In this document: positions 39,405-48,933 of the stretch, in pieces
Layout of the letters: each line of letters opens with the position of its first letter
Numbering within the stretch: the first letter of the stretch is position 1
From: an uncultured Thermoprotei archaeon
Lineage (GTDB): Archaea > Thermoproteota > Thermoprotei > QMSL01 > B3-G16
Assembly (NCBI GenBank): GCA_964517845.1
Contig: CAZFCQ010000007.1
Location: forward strand, 14,087 to 78,086
DNA: 64,000 bases
Direction of reading: 5' to 3'
Notes under the pieces: generated by a model
Database searches by the model: none
The model's input: the letters and a program-made list of their open reading frames with translations, nothing else
Told to the model about the DNA's origin: nothing
Position numbers and translations under genes: made by a program

Positions 39405-40832
39405 TCAAAAATGCGAATTCCAAATTAAATATTTGGGAGCGTCTAAAAATTGTGCATAAACATTTATGCCCTTTTTCTTTAGTTTCTTCTTGAAAATTGA
39501 AGCATTTAAATCACTAACTAATGGTGCTGCTATGTAGACCCTTTCTAGCCCTTTTATCTGGGCTAATTTGATGGAGGCTGAAAGAGCATAGAGAAGCAAC
39601 TCTTTGTGTAACTTTTTATATTTACCTCCAGGAAGGGCTATATAGTCTATATAAAGTACATCATAGCCATCCTCATCTATACACTCAAATAACTTTACAT
39701 GACCAACTCTCTTATTGTTAATGAGAATTCTAAGAAACTCTGTGTATTCATCTTTTAGATACTTTGGCATTTCTTCTCTCCCTCGAACTATTAGAGAGAG
39801 ACATGTTCCAGAGTAATCGCCCATGAAAACATCACTAAAATCCCTCTCCCATAGCTTGAAAACTATGTTCCTTTTAGGTGTTAAATCAAGGAGCGCCTTA
39901 CTTTTAAGTCCCCTCCTTAAGAAGAATTCTTTTAATAGGTGAAGGATATTCACGGCATCTTTTTCAGTTAAATTTTTAAGGGCTATATTTAGATCCTCAT
40001 GGTTCCCTAGACTTGCTATGAGGTTCTTTATTTCATTAAGTTTGATCTTACTTTTCTTACCGATGGCCACTCTCTCAGCATCCTTAACTAATAATTTGAT
40101 ACACCTTTTAAGGTCGATACCATAGGGGAAGAGATCAATCCCTGCAGTAAAACGTATATTATTTTTCCTAGGCCTGACACTTTCTAAAAGTTGAAATATT
40201 TCATCAAGAAAGCATCTTCTAGCAGATTTAACTAGGAAAAATTTCTCCTTCTCACTAAGTTCATATAGATCAGTCTTATAGGTACTCTTAATTAGTAATT
40301 CAAAGGGACTAATTCTCCTAAGCTCTTCTGTAACTCTCTCTATTACTAGTTGTTCATTATTATTGGTTATTTCATTTCTTAAATGGGAAGCTAATAGCGA
40401 TATTCTTACCTTAGAGAAATTACTTCTACGCTTGAATGCTATCTTTAACATTAAAGAACATGCTTCATTAAGAGTTAAGAGTTTAAAGCTTCCTAGACAT
40501 CGGCCTGAAAGTCTAGGACCTACCATTTCTTTGAGCACATCAATGAAAAATTCTATAAAAAGGAGAAATTTAAATGGATAATCGCATCCTCGTATATAAC
40601 GTTCAGTAGCATACCGGTTAACATAGTAATAGTTTCCTTTAGAATCGACTATGCTAAGAATCGGAAAATCTTTTAATAAAATATCACAATTAAGAATGTT
40701 CCTAAGTACTTCGCCTACCCTAACCACTATATGAATCTTTCCCTCTATAGATAAAGGGTGAGGAGCATTAAGTTCTATAGCTCTTTCGTATTTCTTCATC
40801 CTTTTCTTGGGGAAGAGTAGAGCTTTTAACAT
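39405..40832 (-). CDS. hypothetical protein (475 aa) in the carbohydrate-modification neighbourhood
   Basis: Long ORF with coding-like composition; no confident motif; C-terminal about 120 aa weakly acyltransferase-like. Confidence 0.5.
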   Translation of the reverse strand: MLKALLFPKKRMKKYERAIELNAPHPLSIEGKIHIVVRVGEVLRNILNCDILLKDFPILSIVDSKGNYYYVNRYATERYIRGCDYPFKFLLFIEFFIDVLKEMVGPRLSGRCLGSFKLLTLNEACSLMLKIAFKRRSNFSKVRISLLASHLRNEITNNNEQLVIERVTEELRRISPFELLIKSTYKTDLYELSEKEKFFLVKSARRCFLDEIFQLLESVRPRKNNIRFTAGIDLFPYGIDLKRCIKLLVKDAERVAIGKKSKIKLNEIKNLIASLGNHEDLNIALKNLTEKDAVNILHLLKEFFLRRGLKSKALLDLTPKRNIVFKLWERDFSDVFMGDYSGTCLSLIVRGREEMPKYLKDEYTEFLRILINNKRVGHVKLFECIDEDGYDVLYIDYIALPGGKYKKLHKELLLYALSASIKLAQIKGLERVYIAAPLVSDLNASIFKKKLKKKGINVYAQFLDAPKYLIWNSHF

Positions 40833-40969
40833 AAGCCTGAGGACCTCGGTTTAGAGTTGAATTCTCTAGAAAATTTACTATAAAATAAGCTAAAAACTCA
40901 TTTTAAATTATACTTTCTCAGAATATGAATGCCAATTTTATAGTGAATCGTGAATACGATATGAAATAG

Positions 40970-42382
40970 GTGAGGAGGATGAGGACTGTCTATGTGATAT
41001 TCCAGCTTGACACAGAAGACTTCATAACTCCTGAAACTGACAACGTAATAGTAGATCTAATCAAGATTTTCAATAGACACGGAATTAAGGGATCTTTTGC
41101 AATTGTTGGAGAGAAGGCTAGGGTCTTAGAACGTAGGAGAAGAAATGATGTAATAAAAGCCTTAAAAACTCAGGATATCGCGTATCAATCAAATTATCAT
41201 TCAGTTCATCCTACGATATCAGAATACCTAAGAGGTTTAGGTTGGGAAGATGGAGTAAAGGAAGTTATTAGAAGAGAGGAAGGGGGAATAAGGGATCTGA
41301 AAAGAATCTTTGGACAGTACCCTTCAGCTTTTATACAACCAGGTGGAAATTGGGCTCCTCAGGTGCCATATGCTATGAAGAAATTAGGAATACAGGTATA
41401 TGCAGATGGAATTTTTCTTCCACAACCTGTTTGGTTCTGTGGAATCCTAAGTATAAGGTATTCTCTCAGTTTTAACGAAAGGGAAGCTGGTACAGAAGAA
41501 CATCTTCAGATGATGAAGGAAAAATTCGAGGATATATATAATTCATTGAAAGATAAAGGAGGAGTAATAATCATAGTCTTACATCCCTGTATGTTATTAA
41601 CCAAGGAGTTTTGGGATGCCATTAATTTTGCAAAGGGAAATATGCCTAAGGAATTAAAAACTGCACCCTTAATCCCTGAAGACCTCTATAAGAGAAAATT
41701 AGCTAGGTTTGAAGAGTTTGTAGACTATATAACTAGGCACCCTAATGTAAAGGTCATAACATTTAGAGAATTACCATCTCTTTACGAAGAAGAGAATGTA
41801 GAATTAAATATTGATGAGATGGAAATCTTAGCTAAGAAGGTGCTGGATAAACATTCTTTTCATATAATAAATAGAAAGTCGATCTCCCTAGCCGATGCTT
41901 TTTATGTATTTAGTTATGCTTTAAAGGAGTATAAAGATAAAGGAGTAATCCCTCGTAAAGTAAGGACATATACACTCCTAGGCCCTGTAGAGAGACCTCC
42001 AGAAATAAGAGAACATGTTAAAGTTAGAATAGGTGATGTAGTCAACCTAGCGAAAGAAGTCTACTTCAATATAGTAAAGAGTGGAGTTATCCCTAGTGCA
42101 ATAAAGATTAATAATAAAGTGATTGGTCCTTTGTCCTTTCTATGTGCTATGGCGCAGACTTTTCTATTGCTTTTAAAGGGAGAGAACACTGAAAAGGAGT
42201 TAGAGATTATAAGTACAGATGAAAAACCGAAATTTGAGGGTTATGATCTCGTTAGAAGAGTATGTAGTCAGTGGAGATGGATTGTGTTCCCTAAAGATTT
42301 CCACTCTGAAAGGATATTAGAGCTCACTATACTTCAATCGTGGACATTAAAGCCAGCGATAATGAAAGAGCTGAAAGATTAA
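40970..42382 (+). CDS. polysaccharide deacetylase / GH57-like fold protein
   Basis: N-terminal TVYVIFQLDTEDF…GIKGSFAIVG and HPCML resemble the NodB/GH57 (beta/alpha)7 barrel. Confidence 0.45.
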   Translation: MRRMRTVYVIFQLDTEDFITPETDNVIVDLIKIFNRHGIKGSFAIVGEKARVLERRRRNDVIKALKTQDIAYQSNYHSVHPTISEYLRGLGWEDGVKEVIRREEGGIRDLKRIFGQYPSAFIQPGGNWAPQVPYAMKKLGIQVYADGIFLPQPVWFCGILSIRYSLSFNEREAGTEEHLQMMKEKFEDIYNSLKDKGGVIIIVLHPCMLLTKEFWDAINFAKGNMPKELKTAPLIPEDLYKRKLARFEEFVDYITRHPNVKVITFRELPSLYEEENVELNIDEMEILAKKVLDKHSFHIINRKSISLADAFYVFSYALKEYKDKGVIPRKVRTYTLLGPVERPPEIREHVKVRIGDVVNLAKEVYFNIVKSGVIPSAIKINNKVIGPLSFLCAMAQTFLLLLKGENTEKELEIISTDEKPKFEGYDLVRRVCSQWRWIVFPKDFHSERILELTILQSWTLKPAIMKELKD

Positions 42383-42389
42383 AAGGCCT

Positions 42390-43100
42390 CTAAGCGCCTT
42401 TTTCCCATAACTTCTTCCTCTCTTCATACTCATCTCTAGAACCTATGACCTTTGCAGGTACGCCAACTACTACAGCCTTAGGAGGGACATCTTTGGTTAC
42501 AACAGCTCCTGCGCCAACGACAGCATATTCTCCTACCTTTATTCCAGCTATTAGTATAGCGCCAGATCCTATCACTGCACCCCTGCCTATTGTAACTCCT
42601 CTTAGTTTACTACTAGGGGGGTATTTATCATTAGTCACTCTAACATGTGGACCTAAGAATACATTATCCTCTACAATAGTGAGGTGGGGGAGATAAACTC
42701 CTGTCTGAATACTAACATTTTTGCCTACTTTTACTATACCATCAAGCACAGAAAATGAGCCTATTTTACTTCCCTCACCAACAACGGAGTGTTCTCTTAT
42801 TAGAACTTTATGGCCTGTCTCTACATTATTGCCTATTTTGACACCTTCGTATATGATAGAATCGCTTCTAATTATACAGAACTTTCCTATAGTGACTCCC
42901 TCGCTTACTTTATCCAGTATTTGAAAATCAATGCTCTTTCCTTCTCTAATTAGATTTAATATCTTTGATCTTATAGGATATCCCAATACTACGTTATGGC
43001 CTATGATAGTTCCATCGCCTATAGAAGTAGTGCCTAGCACTATGTGATCTCCCTCAAATAATGCATTACTTATACTAGCTCTTGGGGATAAGAAGTTCAT
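42390..43100 (-). CDS. hexapeptide-repeat (left-handed beta-helix) acyl/acetyltransferase
   Basis: Repeated [LIV]G-x-x-x-x hexads throughout (IGDGTIIGHNVVLG, IGRGAVIGSGAILIAG). Confidence 0.75.
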   Translation of the reverse strand: MNFLSPRASISNALFEGDHIVLGTTSIGDGTIIGHNVVLGYPIRSKILNLIREGKSIDFQILDKVSEGVTIGKFCIIRSDSIIYEGVKIGNNVETGHKVLIREHSVVGEGSKIGSFSVLDGIVKVGKNVSIQTGVYLPHLTIVEDNVFLGPHVRVTNDKYPPSSKLRGVTIGRGAVIGSGAILIAGIKVGEYAVVGAGAVVTKDVPPKAVVVGVPAKVIGSRDEYEERKKLWEKGA

Positions 43101-44205
43101 TTAGATCACCTATCTCGTGAAGAAAATATCTCTCAAGTTTGTCTATTAAAGCCTTACGTGCTTTTCTATGTTCCTTAAGCTTTCTTATTAAGGCATCTGC
43201 TAATATGGATTTACAATAACCACAGAGGATGTTACCGTTCTTACAAGCTAAGAAGTGTTCTTTTAGCTTTTTATCATCATCAATTATATAAGCATTTAAC
43301 CATTCAAAGACGACACATTTCTCAGGTTCACCTCCTAATAGGCGTTGTTCCTTGACTGTAGCGCGTCCTCCTGTAAGAGCACGCCATACTTTCTTTCGTA
43401 TGATCTCAGGATTATCTGTGGTAAATATGCAAGTTTCAGGTCTTGAAGCTGACATTGGTTCACCAGTTAGTCCTCTTACATATATGGAATAGATTGCAGC
43501 GGGCTTTATTACATTTATTTTCTCAGCGACATCACGCGTAAGTCGCATGTAAGGATCCTGATCTGCACCTATAGGAACTAAGACTGGTGTTCCTTTGTCT
43601 AAGGTAGGCATGAGTATATGAGCAGCTTGTACTGCTGCATAAAAAACAGTACCAGCATTAGTGCTATCTGTTAAACCGAATGTAGCTTTAACGGTATTAT
43701 ATGTAAGATACCTTGATAGGTATGTAGCATGTTCGTAGACTTTCTGTAAACGAGTAGAGATGTATAAAAATGTCTTACCTTCTTTAAAGCCTAGAGCTAG
43801 GATGTCAAGTGCATTATCTAAAGCATACTTATGAGCTTCATTCAAATCTTTTACTTTTCCAAAGACATATTTTTCGTCATCTGATAGTGGTATATAAATA
43901 CTTGCATTAAGTGTATCTTGAAGCCATTTTATAAAGTCAAAGAGCATTAAATGTCCTAGGTGCATATAATTAGAAGGGCCTCTGCCTGAGACTATTGAAA
44001 CATCATGTTCTTTCTCATGATATTCGAGATAGAAGTCTAAATCTCTGTGAGCAAAGAAGAATTTCCTTCTTAAGAATTTATGAGGTTTCTTGAATTTAGA
44101 TAGTAGATTGTCCGTTATAGGTTCAGCTCCAAATTCTTTTATTAACCTATCATAGTCTGCTTTTTTCTCAAGCGCTGTTCCTTCACTTATACCAAAGGTG
44201 GTCAC
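43075..44205 (-). CDS. trpS: tryptophanyl-tRNA synthetase (archaeal/eukaryotic type)
   Basis: SGRGPSNYMHLGHLMLFDFIKWLQD matches the eukaryote/archaeal TrpRS HIGH region (TGRGPS…HxGHL…TKWLQD); KMSAS-like PMSAS. Confidence 0.85.
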   Translation of the reverse strand: MTTFGISEGTALEKKADYDRLIKEFGAEPITDNLLSKFKKPHKFLRRKFFFAHRDLDFYLEYHEKEHDVSIVSGRGPSNYMHLGHLMLFDFIKWLQDTLNASIYIPLSDDEKYVFGKVKDLNEAHKYALDNALDILALGFKEGKTFLYISTRLQKVYEHATYLSRYLTYNTVKATFGLTDSTNAGTVFYAAVQAAHILMPTLDKGTPVLVPIGADQDPYMRLTRDVAEKINVIKPAAIYSIYVRGLTGEPMSASRPETCIFTTDNPEIIRKKVWRALTGGRATVKEQRLLGGEPEKCVVFEWLNAYIIDDDKKLKEHFLACKNGNILCGYCKSILADALIRKLKEHRKARKALIDKLERYFLHEIGDLNELLIPKS

Positions 44206-44292
44206 CCAAGTTGTACACCTCCATAGATATGGATCTAGAACTAACGTATTATTTAAGTGAAACTATTTATTTAAATAATTACGTGTGAAGAT

Positions 44293-44979
44293 ATGTCTGA
44301 GGAAAGAGCAGGGTTTATCAAGAAGAGCTATCTCCTTCTTAGATATCCTATAAGAGGTTTTAAAGTTCTAAGTCGGGAAAGCGACTACTTAGGTCTTTTA
44401 GTTTATGGTGGCTTAATTGTTATCCTAATTTGTATAGTGGAATATGTAAGGTATACTAAGATAATCAACTGCCTCAGTGCTGTCTTTGGAGGCAATATCT
44501 CCGAGGCTACAAGAGGCATTCTCATAAGCAATATACTTCCTATGCTATTCTTTATTCTGATAAGCCTAAGTGGATACTTCTTGACAATAATAGCTATAGC
44601 ATATTTAATGAATAGGTATGTATTCAAGAAGAGGATAGCCTTCTCGTTGTTAATATCGTCATTAGGGTATATTCAGCTATATATGTTGTTTTTTACATTA
44701 GCAACATTAGTAGTCGCTTTAATAATGCCCTCTCTTTATAATGTCACAGTATATCCTGGAACTTATGGTGTAGTAGGAGCGCTAATTAGGGATTATGCTT
44801 CACAACCAGAGATACAAAGCTATTACATTATAGGTCAGACAATATCAAAGAGCAGTTATCTAGTAATAACAGCAATATTCTTAACTTCCTTAAGATGGAT
44901 AAATAAGAATAACTGGGAAGAAATACTAATAATGAGTTTCCTATCTGTACCTATCTACTTATTCCTATGGGGACTATAA
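44293..44979 (+). CDS. polytopic membrane protein (Yip1-like topology, tentative)
   Basis: 228 aa, soluble N-terminus followed by about 5 TM helices. Confidence 0.4.
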   Translation: MSEERAGFIKKSYLLLRYPIRGFKVLSRESDYLGLLVYGGLIVILICIVEYVRYTKIINCLSAVFGGNISEATRGILISNILPMLFFILISLSGYFLTIIAIAYLMNRYVFKKRIAFSLLISSLGYIQLYMLFFTLATLVVALIMPSLYNVTVYPGTYGVVGALIRDYASQPEIQSYYIIGQTISKSSYLVITAIFLTSLRWINKNNWEEILIMSFLSVPIYLFLWGL

Positions 44980-45075
44980 CGTGATAATGAATATTGATTT
45001 TAGAACAATTATCCTATAAGAGAATTGCATTTTCTATAAAATGAGGGTTTTCTCGATGAGGCAACATTTGTCGAT

Positions 45076-45702
45076 TCATTCGTGTAACCAAGTTAATACT
45101 TGAGCTTCACTAACAAAGAATCTTCTAAGACTATATTTTCTAGCGACCTCGTTAAGAGCTAGCATCATTACGCGATTGCCTCCAGATAGGTCGCAGAATA
45201 TCTCATAATCACGGACTAGATCTCTGATTTTATTGTTAATGACCTCATAGCAGGCTCTGTACTCAGATGAATCTACAAGGAGTAGCGTAGGTTCTAAATC
45301 ACTAAGCTCTTCCATGTGTTTATTCCCTTCTTCATCAGATATTATAAGTACTTTTCTAGGTGAGAGATTAAGAAGATCTAAGGAGTTTCTAATTATCTGT
45401 GGTGAGTCAACTTTAGAAAGGAGACCAACATAACAGGGATCTGCTTTTATTCCCAAGAATGCCCTTAAAGGTTGAATCCATTCAGGTTTTACACGCACTA
45501 TTACAGCACGTCCTTCATGTCTTCTTTCTATGATCCCTTTTCTTTCTAATAGTATGCTATTCTGATGTAATGCTGCTGAAGCCCTATATCTAACGAGTTT
45601 TTGCACTTCAGAACTTAAATCAGCTAATCTTATCTCTCCGGATCGTTCGATAGCACGCTTAAGTATTAATTGCTGTATGGGAGGAAGACTTTCAAGCAAC
45701 AT
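45076..45702 (-). CDS. putative transcriptional regulator: N-terminal winged helix plus C-terminal Rossmann-like domain
   Basis: N-terminal LILKRAIERSGEIRLADLSSEV…LLERKGIIERR wHTH; C-terminal VLIISDEEG…LLLVDSSEY…DLSGGNRVMMLAL nucleotide-binding-like. Confidence 0.5.
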   Translation of the reverse strand: MLLESLPPIQQLILKRAIERSGEIRLADLSSEVQKLVRYRASAALHQNSILLERKGIIERRHEGRAVIVRVKPEWIQPLRAFLGIKADPCYVGLLSKVDSPQIIRNSLDLLNLSPRKVLIISDEEGNKHMEELSDLEPTLLLVDSSEYRACYEVINNKIRDLVRDYEIFCDLSGGNRVMMLALNEVARKYSLRRFFVSEAQVLTWLHE

Positions 45703-45827
45703 TCATATGACACCTTCCATATTGTATAAACTAGACAGGAGTTTATCTCAGTAGGTTAAGAATCATATCTTAATGATAAATACTTCGCTACTAATTAATA
45801 AACGACAAAGATACGAGAAAGTGATGG

Positions 45828-45960
45828 TCCCCGGGGCGGGATTTGAACCCGCGACCACCCGGTATCTGCCCAAGCTGACGCGTGCTCATCTATCCCATAG
45901 GAGGGTTATCGCACGCGCGGAAACTACAGCCGGGCGCTCTGCCAGCTGAGCTACCCGGGG
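45828..45960 (-). tRNA. tRNA-Tyr (anticodon GUA) with about 59-nt intron at canonical position 37/38
   Basis: Acceptor CCCCGGG/CCCGGGG with C1:G72 (archaeal Tyr identity), D arm GCTC-AGCTGGCA-GAGC, anticodon stem CCCGG/CCGGG, loop CT-GTA-G, T arm GCGGG-TTCAAAT-CCCGC, discriminator A. Confidence 0.8.
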
Positions 45961-46008
45961 ATTGCTGGCTATTAAGAAATATACTTAGAGGAGTTTAAAG
46001 TTTTTCGA

Positions 46009-46293
46009 TCATTGTTTCTCTAGTTCTTTTCTTAGTTTCTCTAGTTTTTCCTTAACATCTTCAGTTATATCTTCAAGTGGCTTGGGGGGAGGGGTGGTAA
46101 TCATAATCCACCCTATCCAAGTAGCTACAAATGCTACTATCAGCACTATAAGATATACAGGTATCGCTATAGCCCACCACTTTAATTGTTCCCATTTCGA
46201 GAAGAAGATGATCCATGTATATCCAAGGGAGAGTAGGAGGCCGCTTACAAAAAGAAAAGTACCAATTATCCTATCTAATCGCAAGATCATCAC
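46009..46293 (-). CDS. small membrane protein with C-terminal charged helix
   Basis: Two TM helices then KEKLEKLRKELEKQ. Confidence 0.4.
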   Translation of the reverse strand: MMILRLDRIIGTFLFVSGLLLSLGYTWIIFFSKWEQLKWWAIAIPVYLIVLIVAFVATWIGWIMITTPPPKPLEDITEDVKEKLEKLRKELEKQ

Positions 46294-46391
46294 CTTAATC
46301 AGGGGGGCTAAAGTTTCATCTAATGTTGATATAAGCCATTAAGTGCTAATATTTATACTTTATCAAGAGAAAGCTTATTAGTGAGTAAACA

Positions 46392-47174
46392 ATGCTAAGG
46401 CGTCTCTTAGAATTACTAGGAATATATAGAATATACGAATATTGGCTTTGGAGGCAGGTAAAAGATGGAAGTATGCCTTCGCATGTTGCATTGATATTAG
46501 ATGGTAATCGAAGATGGGCAAAAAAGAAGGGATTACCTCCGTGGTTTGGACATCGTAAAGGTGCTGAAAAGGTGGAAGATGTATTAAAATGGTGTCTGGA
46601 TCTTGGGATTAGAACGGTCACGCTTTATGTATTTTCAACTGAGAACTTCCATAGGCCAAAGCAAGAAGTCCTAGAGCTGATGAGATTATTTGAAGAATAT
46701 CTAAGTAAACTTCTAGAAGATGAAACAATACATAAGAATGAAGTAAGGATTAAAGCATTAGGTAGAACATACTTATTACCAGTTAGAATTCAAAAGCTTC
46801 TTCAACAAATAGAGCGACGAACTGAAAAGTATAACAAATTCTTTCTTAACATAGCTATAGCGTACGGAGGAAGAGCTGAAATAACTGATGCTATAAGGAG
46901 AATAGCTAGAGATGTTAAAGAGGGTATGATAAAATTAAATGATATAAACGAGAAACTTATTGAGAGATACTTATATACTGCACACTTACCTAATCCAGAA
47001 CCTGATCTGATAATAAGGACAAGCGGAGAGGAGAGACTTAGCGGTTTTCTCTTATGGCAAAGTGCCTATAGTGAATTATGTTTTCTTGATGTTTATTGGC
47101 CTGATTTCAGAAGAATAGACTTTTTGAGAGCAATAAGGACGTATCAGAAAAGAGAGAGGAGATACGGAAGGTAA
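46392..47174 (+). CDS. uppS: undecaprenyl-diphosphate synthase (cis-prenyltransferase)
   Basis: HVALILDGNRRWAKKKGLP, FSTENFHRP, LLWQS…ELCF motifs; start may be M at about 46470. Confidence 0.85.
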   Translation: MLRRLLELLGIYRIYEYWLWRQVKDGSMPSHVALILDGNRRWAKKKGLPPWFGHRKGAEKVEDVLKWCLDLGIRTVTLYVFSTENFHRPKQEVLELMRLFEEYLSKLLEDETIHKNEVRIKALGRTYLLPVRIQKLLQQIERRTEKYNKFFLNIAIAYGGRAEITDAIRRIARDVKEGMIKLNDINEKLIERYLYTAHLPNPEPDLIIRTSGEERLSGFLLWQSAYSELCFLDVYWPDFRRIDFLRAIRTYQKRERRYGR

Positions 47175-47268
47175 ACTACAGTTAAGGCTAACTATGATGT
47201 ATACTTCATCCCCGCTCAAAAAGTATATATTGTTCAGATTATGGAGAGAATAAAGAGAGGTGTAAAAA

Positions 47269-47694
47269 TTGGCTATGGATCTATTAACATTTAAATCACT
47301 TGCAGATTTCATAAAGTACATTGAAAGTCTAATTGAGAGTACAAGACAGCAATTAAGTGAGCACTTACGTCGTTATGATGAAATAAAAACTAGAGCTGAG
47401 AGGATACGAAATATAGAAGAAGTTTTTAGTAAGATACTAGGAACCAAGCCTGAAGCAGTTAATGAAATTGATCTTAAAGGATTAAAGATCATCATAGGAG
47501 CACGACCTACAGATGAGGAACGTGTTTTAAGCGAAGTCATAAAATCACTACAAGATAGGTTAAACGTATTAATGCGAATTAGAAAATTAATAGAGCCATT
47601 AGCTAGAAGTCTAGGTGAAATGTCAGGAATGATCATAATGGTCGAGACTATGAATGCTATACCTATCAAAGTGCTTTTGAAGGAAGAGACCTAG
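47269..47694 (+). CDS. hypothetical helical protein
   Basis: 141 aa, predicted alpha-helical/coiled coil. Confidence 0.4.
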   Translation: MAMDLLTFKSLADFIKYIESLIESTRQQLSEHLRRYDEIKTRAERIRNIEEVFSKILGTKPEAVNEIDLKGLKIIIGARPTDEERVLSEVIKSLQDRLNVLMRIRKLIEPLARSLGEMSGMIIMVETMNAIPIKVLLKEET

Positions 47695-47697
47695 AAT

Positions 47698-47721
47698 AAA
47701 CTTTAAACTAGTTTAAAGTTT
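47698..47721. promoter_or_regulatory. perfect palindrome AAACTTTAAAC-TA-GTTTAAAGTTT overlapping a TATA-like box (TTTATAAT) about 25 nt upstream of the nucleotidyltransferase gene
   Basis: 11-nt arms, 2-nt spacer, read directly from the sequence; sits between stop of the upstream ORF and a GTG-start, probably leaderless gene. Confidence 0.3.
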
Positions 47722-47742
47722 ATAATAGTTTGGGAGTGCGGA

Positions 47743-48933
47743 GTGCATGTAGATGAATGTGTAATATTAGCAGCAGGCAAGGGAACGAGACTAGATCCCA
47801 TTACTAGAAATAGGCCCAAGCCTTTATTACCACTAGCTGGTAAACCTCTTTTATTATGGCAATTAGAGTTCCTTAGTCAAGTAGGGATTAGAAAAATTAC
47901 AATTGTAAAACATTACTTAGGGGAACTAATCATAAAAACCGTTATGAAGTACAAAGATATACTTAAGATTGAAGTAGAGTTTGTAGATCAAGAAAAGCCA
48001 TTAGGCACAGCTCATGCATTAGAAGTGACAGAAGAATTCGTAAGAGCACCGTTTCTCTTAATGTATGGTGATATAACTATTACACCAGAAGTAATAAGAG
48101 AAGCCATAAGAAGCCTAGAAAAGGAGTCAAAGATTGAAGCTGTAGCTATTGGGGTTGAAGTAAATGATCCTTGGAATTATGGTGTTTTTAAATTACAGGG
48201 AGATAGATTAGTAGACCTTATAGAGAAGCCTAGGAAAGGAACAGAACCCAGTAACTTAATAAATGCAGGAATTTATCTTTTTAGAAGTAACATGATATAT
48301 GATTTTGTTAAAAGAACAGGCTTTAGCCCTCGTGGTGAAAAGGAGCTTACTGATTCATTAAAAATGTTAGCCAAGAAATACTACGTTAAAGTTTTAAAGA
48401 TGTCGAAGGATTGGTGGTTTGATATAGGAAAACCATGGGATCTCCTTAATGCTAACAAATTCTTCCTCTCTAAATATGGTAATAAGCAAGTTAAGCTGAA
48501 GAAAGGAACATCGAAGGAAGTAAAAATAATACCTCCAGTATATATAGGGGATAACGTACATATTGGGGAAAATAGCGTTATAGGGCCATTCACAGTATTG
48601 TGCAATAATGTGGAAGTTCAGGAAAATTCTACTATAAGAAATAGTATAGTCCTTGAAGATACAAGGATAGGTCCTAATGTGAAGATAAGTAATAGTATAA
48701 TAGGAAGTAAGGTAGTTATTGATGAGAACGTCCAGATATACTCTCACTGGAGTGATGAATCTTCTATATGGGTTAGGGTTAAAGGAAAGTTAGTGGATTC
48801 AGGGTGTAAAGAGCTGGGGGCTATCATAGGGGACAGAGTCTGGATAAAAAGTAATACCATTATAACTCCAGGGATAGTCATCATGCCAAATAGGGTTGTT
48901 AAAGGAGGAGTTATAGATGAGGACGTACTATGA
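47743..48933 (+). CDS. sugar-1-phosphate nucleotidyltransferase with C-terminal left-handed beta-helix (GlmU/RmlA-like bifunctional architecture)
   Basis: ILAAGKGTRLDPITRNRPKPLLPLAGKPLL nucleotidyltransferase signature; C-terminal hexapeptide repeats. Confidence 0.8.
   Translation: MHVDECVILAAGKGTRLDPITRNRPKPLLPLAGKPLLLWQLEFLSQVGIRKITIVKHYLGELIIKTVMKYKDILKIEVEFVDQEKPLGTAHALEVTEEFVRAPFLLMYGDITITPEVIREAIRSLEKESKIEAVAIGVEVNDPWNYGVFKLQGDRLVDLIEKPRKGTEPSNLINAGIYLFRSNMIYDFVKRTGFSPRGEKELTDSLKMLAKKYYVKVLKMSKDWWFDIGKPWDLLNANKFFLSKYGNKQVKLKKGTSKEVKIIPPVYIGDNVHIGENSVIGPFTVLCNNVEVQENSTIRNSIVLEDTRIGPNVKISNSIIGSKVVIDENVQIYSHWSDESSIWVRVKGKLVDSGCKELGAIIGDRVWIKSNTIITPGIVIMPNRVVKGGVIDEDVL

Noticed and set aside
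47190-47225. ATGATGT – 13 nt – CTCA in the uppS downstream intergenic region (C/D-like)
   Set aside because: No CTGA box at the expected distance and no second C'/D pair; judged chance occurrence.
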